Origin: Phycisphaerae bacterium
GTDB lineage: Bacteria > Planctomycetota > Phycisphaerae > UBA1845 > Fen-1342
DNA: 64,000 nucleotides
Direction of reading: 5' to 3'
NCBI GenBank assembly: GCA_963675745.2
Contig: CAXXWX010000001.1
Location: 1-64,000 of the forward strand
Position 1 is the stretch's first letter, and the number at the start of each line of letters is the position of its first letter. Below are positions 48,446-58,294 of this stretch, one piece after another. The notes below the pieces were generated by a model. It was not told where the DNA came from and did no database searches. It was given only the letters and a program-made list of their open reading frames with translations. The translations under genes were made by a program, and so were the position numbers.

Positions 48446-50893
48446 GTGCGAAGGATTCTCACGCTATCAATGACGCTGGCGATGTGCGCGGCTTTCGCCT
48501 GTTGCCCGGACGATCGATGTACGTCGATGCGGACTGACGACGCCGGGCCGTCGGCCGACCGTGATGCTACAGGGGCGCCGCAGATTGCCCGGGCAGGGGT
48601 TCTTCCAACCGCAACGCGATCCACGCCGCGCGACACCAACAAGCCCAAGTTCGGACCGCCCCCACCCGGGTACATCCGGATCGTTGGTGGTACTGTCCCG
48701 AACTGGACGCCGGAGAGCATGCACGAACCGATTCCGCGTAGCGGTGCATGGTACCTGCTCGGCCCGCGGCCCATCACGGATGAGTACTGGAGCGGCAACG
48801 ACGATGCCAGCGGGCGTGTTGTCGGGATCGCGGCCCACCCGTCCGACGCGGACACGGCGTATATCGCCTCGGCGTCGGGTGGCGTCTGGAAGACCACGGA
48901 TGGCGGCCTGAACTGGACGCCGATCACCGACGAACTCTCAGTGCTCAACCACGGCGCGATCGCCATCGACCCCTCAGACCCCGAGACGATCTATGTGGGC
49001 ACCGGCGAGTACACCACCGCGAGCACCGGCGACGGGCTGTTTCGGTCCGTTGATGGCGGAGTCAACTGGGCGCAGATTGCCACGACCGCCCAGGTAGGCA
49101 GCACGTGCAGCCGCGTGCTGGTTGACCCCACCAATCCGCTGCGTATTCACGTTACGGGCAACAGCGGATATGTGCGCAGCACCGACGGTGGCGGCACCTG
49201 GACCACACAGCTATCCGGCGCGGCCTCCGACGTCGAGCTCAATCCCGGAAATCCCAACGAAGTTTTGGTTGCGCGCCACGGAGACGGCATCTACCGCTCC
49301 AACAATGGCGGCAACTCGTTCGTAAAGCTCACCGGAGGATTACCCACCTCTGATGTGAATCGCATATTGATCGCCCCGGCGGCCTCAAACCCTGGGACTT
49401 ATTACACCGCGATCGTCGATGGCAGTGCCGGGCTGCGCGGTCTGTATCGCACCACCGACTCCGGCAACAACTGGGTCCAAAAGACCAACACCCCCAATTT
49501 CCCCTCGCCGCAGGGTTGGTACGACGTGTTCCTCGGCGTCGATCCGACCGCCCACGACACGGTCTATGCCGGCGGCGTCTCGCCGATCTACGCACCGGCG
49601 GGTGTGGTAAAGACCGTCAATGGCGGCAACTCGTGGACCGAGATTTCGGCCGGCGCGCTTGGTGGACAGTTGCATCCCGACGAGCACGCCATCGAATTCG
49701 GACCCGACGGCACAATCTGGGTCGGCAATGACGGTGGCGTGTGGAAGAGCACCGACGGCGGCCAGAGCTGGATCAACTTGAATCCAACACTCACCGTCAC
49801 TCAAAACTACCAGATCGCGCTGAGTCCGCACGACGCCGCCCAGCTCATGGGGGGCACACAGGATAACGGCACGGTCGGACGCGACGCTGACGTGCTTGAT
49901 TGGCCCCAGGTAATGGGTGGCGATGGCGGGTTTGCCGCATATGACGCCGATGATCCCGCACGGTTCTACACGACCTACGTGTACCTCACTATCTATCGGA
50001 GAGACTCGTCCGGCTGGTCCGACATCTCAGGACCATGGGGAAGTGATTCCCGCAACTTCATCTCCCCGCTGGTGATGGACCCCGGCGACCCCCACACTTT
50101 GCTCGGGGGCACCAATCGCGTCTGGCGCACCACCGATGCGCACGCCAGCGCCAACTGGAACGCTATCAGCACGACTGCCGTTGCCGGCGGCGGGACACTG
50201 AACGCGATTGCCGTGGCGGCCACCGACTCGGATGTAATGTACACCGGCAGTTCCACCGGTGACGTCTGGGTGCGCAACACCGGCGGCGCGTGGTCTGACA
50301 AGTCCGCCGGGTTGCCCAACGGCGAGATTAGTGACGTGTTGCTCGACCCAGCCGATCCGGCGATTGCATATGTGGGCTTCTATAGCACCTCGGGCCCCCG
50401 TGTGCTGCGAACCGATTCTTTCGGCGCCGCATGGGTGGATGTCACCGGCACACTGCCGAGCGGCGTCGCCGCCCGCGCTCTCGAGATCGACTGGCGCTTC
50501 GATCCGCCACATATCTACGTCGGCAGCGGTGCCGGCGTGTACGAGTCATCCGATGATGGCGTTACTTGGCAGAAGGACGGCACCGACCTGCCCAACGTCA
50601 ATATCGGCGACCTGCGCATCGACTTCGGAGCCCTGACCATCACCGCCGGTACGTACGGCCGCGGCGCCTGGCGCAAATCCTTGCCGTCCACCAACCCGCA
50701 GTTGGGAGACTTGAACTGCGACGGCCTGGTGAACAACGGCGACATCGACCCGTTCGTCCTCGCGGTCACCCAGCCGGCGCTATACGCAATCAGCTTCCCG
50801 GACTGCGATATCGATCTCGCCGACTGCAACGGCGATGGATTTGTGAACAACGGTGACATTGACCCGTTTGTAGCCATCTTATCGGGCAGCTAG
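48446..50893 (+). CDS. Secreted BNR/Asp-box beta-propeller protein (VPS10/GH74-like) with dockerin-like tail
   Basis: Repeated SxDGGxxW boxes, SGRV, GTGE, HPDEH, GTQDNG, GGDG, GTYGRGAW; AAGGAG RBS. Confidence 0.88.
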   Translation: MRRILTLSMTLAMCAAFACCPDDRCTSMRTDDAGPSADRDATGAPQIARAGVLPTATRSTPRDTNKPKFGPPPPGYIRIVGGTVPNWTPESMHEPIPRSGAWYLLGPRPITDEYWSGNDDASGRVVGIAAHPSDADTAYIASASGGVWKTTDGGLNWTPITDELSVLNHGAIAIDPSDPETIYVGTGEYTTASTGDGLFRSVDGGVNWAQIATTAQVGSTCSRVLVDPTNPLRIHVTGNSGYVRSTDGGGTWTTQLSGAASDVELNPGNPNEVLVARHGDGIYRSNNGGNSFVKLTGGLPTSDVNRILIAPAASNPGTYYTAIVDGSAGLRGLYRTTDSGNNWVQKTNTPNFPSPQGWYDVFLGVDPTAHDTVYAGGVSPIYAPAGVVKTVNGGNSWTEISAGALGGQLHPDEHAIEFGPDGTIWVGNDGGVWKSTDGGQSWINLNPTLTVTQNYQIALSPHDAAQLMGGTQDNGTVGRDADVLDWPQVMGGDGGFAAYDADDPARFYTTYVYLTIYRRDSSGWSDISGPWGSDSRNFISPLVMDPGDPHTLLGGTNRVWRTTDAHASANWNAISTTAVAGGGTLNAIAVAATDSDVMYTGSSTGDVWVRNTGGAWSDKSAGLPNGEISDVLLDPADPAIAYVGFYSTSGPRVLRTDSFGAAWVDVTGTLPSGVAARALEIDWRFDPPHIYVGSGAGVYESSDDGVTWQKDGTDLPNVNIGDLRIDFGALTITAGTYGRGAWRKSLPSTNPQLGDLNCDGLVNNGDIDPFVLAVTQPALYAISFPDCDIDLADCNGDGFVNNGDIDPFVAILSGS

Positions 50894-51045
50894 CGGAACA
50901 CCGAGCTTCGCGCGCCATCAGACCACGGAAGATCGTTGGGTTTCTCGCCATGATCGATTAGGCTCGGTTCATGCCGGGGGCTGGGTAATGGGCCCCGGCG
51001 CGTGAGTGCGCGCTGCCGGCCGCGGCGAATCTGGGAGAATCTGCG

Positions 51046-51768
51046 ATGTGTGCCAACCTGAAGACGGCGTGGGCGGGCACGCTGGTGTGCCTGATCCTGC
51101 TGCAACCGATTGCCGCCGTGGCCGAGGTCACGACATGGCCGTTCGAGCTCTCGACATCGGGCGAGAACGTATACTGGGTTTCACCGACCGCGGTCGACAA
51201 CACCGCGCCGCGTTATAACCTGGGATACGAGCTCACCTCGATCGTCGTCGTGGTGCGCTACTCGATCATCACCATCCCGGTCGATGTGACCACCATGGTG
51301 CCGCCTGAATATCTCACCGGCGAGGTCACCCAGGACGGTCCGCCTCCGATCGTCGTCTTTGACGGCCTGATCGTCTTTCCCGAGCCGCCGGAGCCGGCCG
51401 GCGTGAGCGCGGACATATACATCGGGCTCGACGCCGACGGTTACGGTGTGGCGGCGGCGGAGAGCATTGTGCTCGGCGAAATAGAGGTCGAAATACCAGG
51501 TCTCGGCCTGCAAACAGTCGAGGTTCTGAGCGTTCAGATTCATGGTACGCTCTCGGCGGAGCCCGTCTGGTACGAACTGGGCGATCTCAACTGTGACGGC
51601 TGGGTGAACAACGGCGACATCGACCCCTTCGTGTTCGCGCTCTCATATCCCGACCAGTATCCCGACGTCTACCCGGACTGCGACATCATGAACGGGGACA
51701 TCACCGGTGACGGCTGGATGAACAACGGCGACATCGACGCGTTTCTGGAGTTGATCGTCCCAACGTAG
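51046..51768 (+). CDS. Secreted hypothetical beta-rich protein with dockerin-like tail
   Basis: Signal peptide ending AVA; GDLNCDGWVNNGDIDPFV...GDGWMNNGDIDAFL. Confidence 0.82.
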   Translation: MCANLKTAWAGTLVCLILLQPIAAVAEVTTWPFELSTSGENVYWVSPTAVDNTAPRYNLGYELTSIVVVVRYSIITIPVDVTTMVPPEYLTGEVTQDGPPPIVVFDGLIVFPEPPEPAGVSADIYIGLDADGYGVAAAESIVLGEIEVEIPGLGLQTVEVLSVQIHGTLSAEPVWYELGDLNCDGWVNNGDIDPFVFALSYPDQYPDVYPDCDIMNGDITGDGWMNNGDIDAFLELIVPT

Positions 51769-52088
51769 CTCGGCAGCGTGGGCAGCGCGTCGGCGTATCG
51801 TACGGCGGACCATCGTCCGGCGCGCCACTTCGGGCGCCGGGAGCTCGAGTCGCGTCTGGCCGGAACTGACGCGCGCGTGGAAGACCCCCGGTGATCGTGA
51901 TGATCGCCGGCGAGATCAACGCGGTTCTTGCGCTTCGTGATAAACCGCTCACCCGCCCGACGTGCATGCTCAACGGCATATCGTCACAGTCTGAACCCAA
52001 CCGGATACGTGGAAGGCCCTATTGCACAGGGCTGGATGCGAGCGATAATAAAAAGTGGGCCGCTCGTGCTGCCCGTGCCGGGGAAGTA

Positions 52089-52117
52089 TTGACGCCACCC
52101 CATGTCTATTATAGGAT
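52089..52117 (+). promoter_or_regulatory. Putative sigma70 promoter for the His/Trp-repeat gene
   Basis: TTGACG-N17-TAGGAT in an AT-richer intergenic segment. Confidence 0.5.
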
Positions 52118-52231
52118 GGTAAACTGCTGACCGATATTACGCTTGTGTTTGCGTCAACGTCGGGCAAGCCGTCCTAGGAGGGCATGGGGGACATGTCTGG
52201 GTGTACGCACCCGCGCCACAGGAGCACGATC

Positions 52232-55200
52232 ATGCGCACGGTAAGATTTCCTCGATCAAAGGCAATCGGGCGACGAATGCACTCGCGCCTACCCATCCCA
52301 ATCATACTGACCGCCTTGCCGCTTCTGCTGTTCACACAAGCGGCAACCGCCGATGGGCCGCCGGCGATGACGTCCCCCAAGGTGGCAATCGCCACTCCGT
52401 GGCTACCGGCAGATACGCCGCAGCAAGCCCAACCACCGTCGCCGCGGAAGGGTGCCAGCGTCATGCTCCCCGATTCCGGCGACATCGACCTTGATAATGA
52501 GCGGGCCGTCTTCGCACACGTCTTCGGCCACCTGCCATCCAAAGTCGACGTGATCCCGACCGAGAATTACCTCTACTGGCGCTTCCATACGCCGGACAAG
52601 TACATCTGGGGCAACCTGCGGCTTGGCCCGCAGGATCGCGATCAGGGCATCGTGCACATTGGCTACTACGAGTTCAAGGAGTCGCTGACCGGCCCCGAGG
52701 AAGCGAACGCCCGCTACACGACACTGGGCGCGGCCGACGGCATCTCGGTCTACAAGCAGGACGACTTCAACTACGACGTGGCCTATGGCGGCAAGCGCGT
52801 GTCCTTCGCGCTGAACGTTGTGGACCAGTCGCCGCCGAGCGCATTCGTCACACCGGCGGATGAGATCTTCGTCATGCGAACCGAAGACGAGTCGCGCACG
52901 CAGTTCCACCTGATGTTCCACACTCAGACCGAGAACTTCCTGTTCGTGGCGAACGAAGACCGCGGGCCGCTGACCGACACCGTGATGGTCAGCGAAGACC
53001 TGGCGCTCGATCTGAGCACGGGCTTCGCCTACTACATTGACCGGGCCAACAACGACCGCAAGATTCTGGTCGGCGTGTATCAGCGCAATATTGCCCAGAA
53101 CAACTACTTCGACGGCCCCGCCGATCAGCTCGCCGACAACTACATCGCGGACGTACCCGAGTATCGCGGATACCTGAACAAGGCGTATCCGTGGACGACG
53201 AACGTGATCGATCAGTACGGCTTCTATCTTCACGACTCTGGCAGCCGTGTCGCCGTGGCGCCGTACCACGCCTATACGTCGATCGAAGAACTGCAAGGCA
53301 TGATCGACACCTGCCAGCAGTTTGACGGTCTGGGCCACATGCTGGCCTGCCTGATTCCCGGCGGCATGACGAAGTCCATCCCCGAGTTCAACACGCAGGG
53401 CCTGAAAGGCGCCCAGGGCTTGCCGGGGATCTCCGGCGCGCCGAATCACGAAGCCGTCGAGGTCCGCGATCAGACACAGGCAACCGCGGTCTTCTACGAG
53501 GACTTCGAGGGGCCACTGTCGCTGGCCGATCGCGGCTGGCAGGCCGATGGACTGTGGCACATCGTCGCTGAACCGCCGACGAGCTGCCCGCCGGCGCTGA
53601 ACTACCAGTCACCGACGCAGAGCGCCTACTACGGCATAGATATGCAGTGCAATTACGACGACGGCACCCCGAACTTCGGCTTCCTGTATACGCCGGTTAT
53701 CACGCTGCCCGCCGACGCGTATCTCTACTACGACTTCCGCCGCCAGACGGAGGGGATGTGCGGCCGTCAGGACATCAGCATCGTGGAGATCTCGGCCAGC
53801 GGCGTCGATCCCAACGGCGTCGCTATCACGGTCGGCGACAGTTGGGAACTTTTGCGTGCCGAGTGCGACGACACGAACATGTGGTACGGTTCGGGGCCGA
53901 TCGATCTGCGCAGGTACGCGGGCGCGGACATCCAGATTCGCTTCCTCTTTGACACCGTCACCGCAACGTCGAACGGCTTCCTCGGCTGGCAGATCGACAA
54001 TGTCGGCATCTGGACCGGCAACGGCGCCGGCCCGACGCCGCGCTGGCACGTCGTGGGTCAGACCTGGCACCTGGCGGGCGCGACGTTCCCGCCCCTGCAC
54101 CTGGCCGGCGCGACCTGGGGACACGTCTTTGGTGTGACCTGGGGACACGTTGTGGGCTTCACCTGGGGACACAACGCGGCCATCACCTGGGGCCACATTG
54201 CCGGCATCACCTGGTGGCCGGGCGGCGGAGCGCGCCCAGGTCCCGGAGCGGGTGGCGGCGGTGCTGGCGGACCCGGCGGCGGTGCGCCTCCCAGGAAACC
54301 ACCGCACATGGCCGGCATCACCTGGCACCTCGCGGGCATCACAGCCCCCCCGCCGGGCGGCAAGCACTACAGCGGCTGGACCTGGCACCGTGAAGAGCTG
54401 ACCTTCATCCCGCCCGGCAGCAAACACTGGAGCGGCTGGACCTGGCACAAGCAACCGTGGACTTTCATCCCGCCGGGCAGCAAACACTGGTCCGGCATCA
54501 CCTGGCACGATGGCGACATCACGTTTATCCCGCCGGGAACCAAGCACAACTCCGGCTCCACCTGGCACTATGGCGGCGTGACGTTCATCCCGCGCGGCAC
54601 CAAGCACAACTCCGGTGTGACCTGGCACGTCAGCGGCGCCACCTTCATCCCGCGCGGCAGCCGGCACGAACCGGGCGTCACGTGGCACATCAACGGCGTG
54701 ACGTTTATTCCGCGCGGCAGTAAGCACGCCGCCGGAACCACCTACCACTTGCCGGGCCTGACGTTCATTCCGCCCGGCAGCAAGCACAACTCCGGCTACA
54801 CCTGGCACTACACCGGCCAGACCTTCATCCCGCCGGGAACCAAGCACAACTCCGGCGTGACGTGGCACGTCAACGGCGTGTCCTTTATCCCGAAGGACTC
54901 CAAGCACGCCGCCGGCATCACCTGGCACCTGACGGCCGTCACGTTCGTGCCCGATACTGCGCGCCACGTAGTCCCGTGGTCGCCGCACTCACCAACGTGG
55001 AGCTTCGTCCCGCCGGGCGCCGAGCACAACTCCGGGGTCACCTGGCATTACTCCGGCCAGACTTTCATTCCGGAGGGCACCATACACAACTCCGGCGTCA
55101 CCTGGCACTACTCCGGCGAGACGTTCATCCCGGCCGGTTCCGAGCACAACTCGGGCACCACGTGGCACTACTCGGGTGAGTCCTTCATCCCGGGCGGCAC

Positions 55201-56500
55201 CACGCACAACTCCGGCATCACCTGGCACTATTCCGGCGAGTCGTTCATCCCCGGTGACGCCAAGCACAACTCCGGCGTCACCTGGCACGTGACCGGCGAA
55301 TCGTTCGTTCCCGGCGACGCCAAGCACATGTCGGGCACAACGTGGCACGCCACGGACGGATCGTTCATGTACTCGACGGTCATGTATCCCGAGTGTGCCG
55401 ACGCAACGGAATGCCCGGAGATCGAGGGATTCATCGCCCAGTGCAACCCGGAAGACGGGACCTGCGAGTACCTCCCGGCGGTTGGCCAGTTGTGCGAAGA
55501 CGGTGATCCGTACACCGTTAACGACACCATCGATGAGTATGGCCACTGCATGGGCGAAAAGATCGCCGGCTCGCCGTGCGACGACTTCAACGATTGCACG
55601 GTCAATGATATGTGGGATCCGAACGGCACGTGTGTCGGCACCCCGGCCGCGGCCGGCTCGCCCTGCGATGACGGCAATCCGTGGACCAATTACGACACGT
55701 GTGACGGTCTCGGTGGCTGCGAGGGCGTCCCGTTGGTCGGCATGCCGTGCGACGACGGTGACGAGCTGACCGCCAATGACATCGTCGGCACGGACGGTGC
55801 CTGCCATGGCGACGTCGTGCTCGAGGTCGATGACGGTGATCTGTGCAACGGCGTCGAAGAGCCCGACGCGCACTACCTCATCGAGCCAGGCGAGCCGCCC
55901 AATTGCGACCTGCCGTGCGAAGGCCTGCTCGGTGGCTGCGATCCGGCGTTCGAGTGCTTGGCAGAGGGCGCGCTCGAAGACTTCGACTTGCCGGGTGACT
56001 GCCTGATCGGAGATTGCGAAGAGTACCCGACGCAGGAGGATCTGAATTGCGACGATGGCAATCCCTGCACGGCGGACTACTGCGATCCCAACGGCGTGTG
56101 CCAGCATGTCGTGGACATGGCCGCCGCCTGTGATGATGGCGACGACTGCACCATCAATGACACCTGCGTCGACGGCATGTGCGTGGGTGAAGCGACGCCG
56201 AGCTGTGATTGCAATTTGAACGGGCAAGCCGACTGGATCGATATCGCAGAAGGCGTAAGCTTCGACGATAACGGCAACGGCATTCCCGATGAGTGCGAGG
56301 CCTACGAAGTCGGCGACCTGAACTGCGACGGACTCGTCAACAACGGCGACATCGACGCATTCGTGCTCGCGCTAACCGACCCGTTAGCCTACGCGGCCAC
56401 TTATCCGGACTGCGATCGAAACCTCGCCGACATCAACGGCGACGGGGAAGTGAACAACGGCGACATCGACGGTTTCGTCGCCCTGCTCTCCGGCGGTTGA
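52232..56500 (+). CDS. Large secreted protein: unknown N-terminal domain, jelly-roll domain, His/Trp repeat array, CDDGxxxT Cys-rich repeats and dockerin-like tail
   Basis: AGGAG RBS (alternative start 52184), signal peptide, PTENY...GNLRL...NNYFDGP domain, FYEDFE...GWQIDNV domain, 18 x 20-aa repeats, NNGDID x2. Confidence 0.88.
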   Translation: MRTVRFPRSKAIGRRMHSRLPIPIILTALPLLLFTQAATADGPPAMTSPKVAIATPWLPADTPQQAQPPSPRKGASVMLPDSGDIDLDNERAVFAHVFGHLPSKVDVIPTENYLYWRFHTPDKYIWGNLRLGPQDRDQGIVHIGYYEFKESLTGPEEANARYTTLGAADGISVYKQDDFNYDVAYGGKRVSFALNVVDQSPPSAFVTPADEIFVMRTEDESRTQFHLMFHTQTENFLFVANEDRGPLTDTVMVSEDLALDLSTGFAYYIDRANNDRKILVGVYQRNIAQNNYFDGPADQLADNYIADVPEYRGYLNKAYPWTTNVIDQYGFYLHDSGSRVAVAPYHAYTSIEELQGMIDTCQQFDGLGHMLACLIPGGMTKSIPEFNTQGLKGAQGLPGISGAPNHEAVEVRDQTQATAVFYEDFEGPLSLADRGWQADGLWHIVAEPPTSCPPALNYQSPTQSAYYGIDMQCNYDDGTPNFGFLYTPVITLPADAYLYYDFRRQTEGMCGRQDISIVEISASGVDPNGVAITVGDSWELLRAECDDTNMWYGSGPIDLRRYAGADIQIRFLFDTVTATSNGFLGWQIDNVGIWTGNGAGPTPRWHVVGQTWHLAGATFPPLHLAGATWGHVFGVTWGHVVGFTWGHNAAITWGHIAGITWWPGGGARPGPGAGGGGAGGPGGGAPPRKPPHMAGITWHLAGITAPPPGGKHYSGWTWHREELTFIPPGSKHWSGWTWHKQPWTFIPPGSKHWSGITWHDGDITFIPPGTKHNSGSTWHYGGVTFIPRGTKHNSGVTWHVSGATFIPRGSRHEPGVTWHINGVTFIPRGSKHAAGTTYHLPGLTFIPPGSKHNSGYTWHYTGQTFIPPGTKHNSGVTWHVNGVSFIPKDSKHAAGITWHLTAVTFVPDTARHVVPWSPHSPTWSFVPPGAEHNSGVTWHYSGQTFIPEGTIHNSGVTWHYSGETFIPAGSEHNSGTTWHYSGESFIPGGTTHNSGITWHYSGESFIPGDAKHNSGVTWHVTGESFVPGDAKHMSGTTWHATDGSFMYSTVMYPECADATECPEIEGFIAQCNPEDGTCEYLPAVGQLCEDGDPYTVNDTIDEYGHCMGEKIAGSPCDDFNDCTVNDMWDPNGTCVGTPAAAGSPCDDGNPWTNYDTCDGLGGCEGVPLVGMPCDDGDELTANDIVGTDGACHGDVVLEVDDGDLCNGVEEPDAHYLIEPGEPPNCDLPCEGLLGGCDPAFECLAEGALEDFDLPGDCLIGDCEEYPTQEDLNCDDGNPCTADYCDPNGVCQHVVDMAAACDDGDDCTINDTCVDGMCVGEATPSCDCNLNGQADWIDIAEGVSFDDNGNGIPDECEAYEVGDLNCDGLVNNGDIDAFVLALTDPLAYAATYPDCDRNLADINGDGEVNNGDIDGFVALLSGG
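54305..55384 (+). repeat. Coding tandem array, 18 units of exactly 60 bp (consensus HNSGVTWHxxGxTFIPxGSK)
   Basis: CAC His codon at 54305+60k for k=0..17; no indels. Confidence 0.95.
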
Positions 56501-56529
56501 TCGTAGCGGACGCTTAACTCAACCTCTTT

Positions 56530-56562
56530 GCGGGCCGCGCCCCCGGGCGCGGCCCGTTTCTT
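56530..56562 (+). terminator. Rho-independent terminator
   Basis: GCGGGCCGCGCCC-CC-GGGCGCGGCCCGT followed by TTCTT. Confidence 0.75.
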
Positions 56563-56689
56563 GCGCGCACTCACGTCACCCCTCCGCGCGGGGCAATAAC
56601 TTACTCGAAAGCCGGTTTGCCATTGATTTCGTCAAGTTGGACCGCAAAAATAGGAATAGGACATAACCAACACTCCCCGGAGGAATGGC

Positions 56690-58006
56690 ATGAAGCTCAG
56701 AACATGGATGTTGTGCGCCAGTGCGGTGTGCGCGACGACAATGCTGGTGGCCGCGCCGGCCCTGGCAGAGGAAGTTGTCATCAAGAATGACAGTGTGGCG
56801 GACTTTGGTCAGGCGGTTATCGTTGGTGATTTCATTGAGGGCGAGCACGCCGGCGTAATGCTCGAATCGCCGTGCAATGGAACGCTGGTCGCCGTCCAGA
56901 TACTCTGGCTCGAAGGCACGCCGGGCCACGGACAATCGCTGGAGCAGGCCATCCATGTCTATGCGGGCACCGGTTTTCCGGTACCGGGAGCGGAATTGGC
57001 CCTGCTTGAAGGTCCGGTAATGACCCCCGGCTACGTCAACGAGTTCCGCTACCTCGACGAGGCGCAGACCATTCCGCTCGCGGTTCCGGTCAGCAAGTTC
57101 GAGGACTTCTTTGTCACGCTCGAGTTCTACAACCCGACCGATGTTGGCAACGGCGGCCCGAGCGTTGTCCGTGACACCGATGGGTGCCAGGCCAACTCAA
57201 ACGTGCTCTACGCCATCCCGGGCGGGTGGTTCAACTTCTGCCTGCTGCTCAGCGGCGATCTGGCGATCCGGGCCGTCATTGAGTGTCCCGGTGAGACCGG
57301 CGCCTGCTGCTACGCCGATGGAATCTGTGCCAACGATGTCGAGGAGGCCGATTGTCTGGCCGAGTTTGGCGCTACCTGGCACGCGGGGCTGACCTGCGCC
57401 GAAATCACTTGTGAGCCGCGCGGCGCGTGCTGCAAGGACGGTGGCTGCCTGCAATTGGTGGACCCGGCAATCTGCGCGGCGATTGGCGGGGTCTACGCCG
57501 GCGATGGCACTGATTGCGCTGACGATGTCTGTGTCGAAGGCGCCTGCTGCAACCCGAACACGGGCGAGTGCACGTTGCAATTCGAGTTCCAGTGCATCGC
57601 CGCCGGCGGCAACTTCCTCGGACCAGGCACCGTGTGCGCCCCCACCAACCCATGCCCGCAGCCGACCGGCGCCTGCTGCTTCGGAGAGATCTGCATCGCG
57701 GATCAGACCGAGGCCGGCTGCACCGGCTCGAGCGGCGAATGGGCTGGCGCCTGGACCGACTGCAGCGACGGCAACGGAAACACCATTCCGGATGCCTGCG
57801 AGGGACCGGCCTACGAGTTGGGCGACCTTAACTGCGACGGCGCAATCAACAACGGCGACATCGACCCATTCGTGCTCGCCGTCACGGACGCACTGGGCTA
57901 TGAGGCCGCCTATCCCGCTTGCGATCGCGATCTGGCCGACGTCAACCAGGACACTGTGATCAATAACGGCGACATCGACGCATTCGTCGCTCTACTCGCC
58001 GGATAG
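56690..58006 (+). CDS. Secreted protein with four GACC Cys-rich repeats and dockerin-like tail
   Basis: GGAGG RBS, signal peptide ending ALA; TGACC, RGACC, EGACC, TGACC; NNGDID x2. Confidence 0.85.
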   Translation: MKLRTWMLCASAVCATTMLVAAPALAEEVVIKNDSVADFGQAVIVGDFIEGEHAGVMLESPCNGTLVAVQILWLEGTPGHGQSLEQAIHVYAGTGFPVPGAELALLEGPVMTPGYVNEFRYLDEAQTIPLAVPVSKFEDFFVTLEFYNPTDVGNGGPSVVRDTDGCQANSNVLYAIPGGWFNFCLLLSGDLAIRAVIECPGETGACCYADGICANDVEEADCLAEFGATWHAGLTCAEITCEPRGACCKDGGCLQLVDPAICAAIGGVYAGDGTDCADDVCVEGACCNPNTGECTLQFEFQCIAAGGNFLGPGTVCAPTNPCPQPTGACCFGEICIADQTEAGCTGSSGEWAGAWTDCSDGNGNTIPDACEGPAYELGDLNCDGAINNGDIDPFVLAVTDALGYEAAYPACDRDLADVNQDTVINNGDIDAFVALLAG

Positions 58007-58037
58007 TCGCTTGTCGTAGGAGACTGCGAGCAATCTC

Positions 58038-58073
58038 GAAAGAGCGCCGGGCCGTCTGGCCCGGCGTTCTTTC
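58038..58073 (+). terminator. Rho-independent terminator
   Basis: GAAAGAGCGCCGGGCC-GTCT-GGCCCGGCGTTCTTTC. Confidence 0.75.
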
Positions 58074-58294
58074 GCGCCAAGCGTGCGGCGGCCACCGCGG
58101 CGACGAACGTGAGAGTCAGGGCCGCAGCTCGCGCCAGGCTCGACGCATCTGTCTCGCTTTGCTACACTGCGTATTACATGCCAAGCATTGCCTGCGGCTG
58201 GAGCGACGCGTGGCCGGCGATGCAAGCGCATGTAGCCGGGGCGGTCACTACATTGAAACGGCGCATCGGTTGCGCGCAGGAAGGAGCCTATGTA

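Noticed and set aside
54305..55384. CRISPR array (60-bp periodicity with variable segments)
   Set aside because: The period is an exact multiple of 3 inside an open frame, conservation is at the amino-acid level with synonymous variation, and there are no cas genes.
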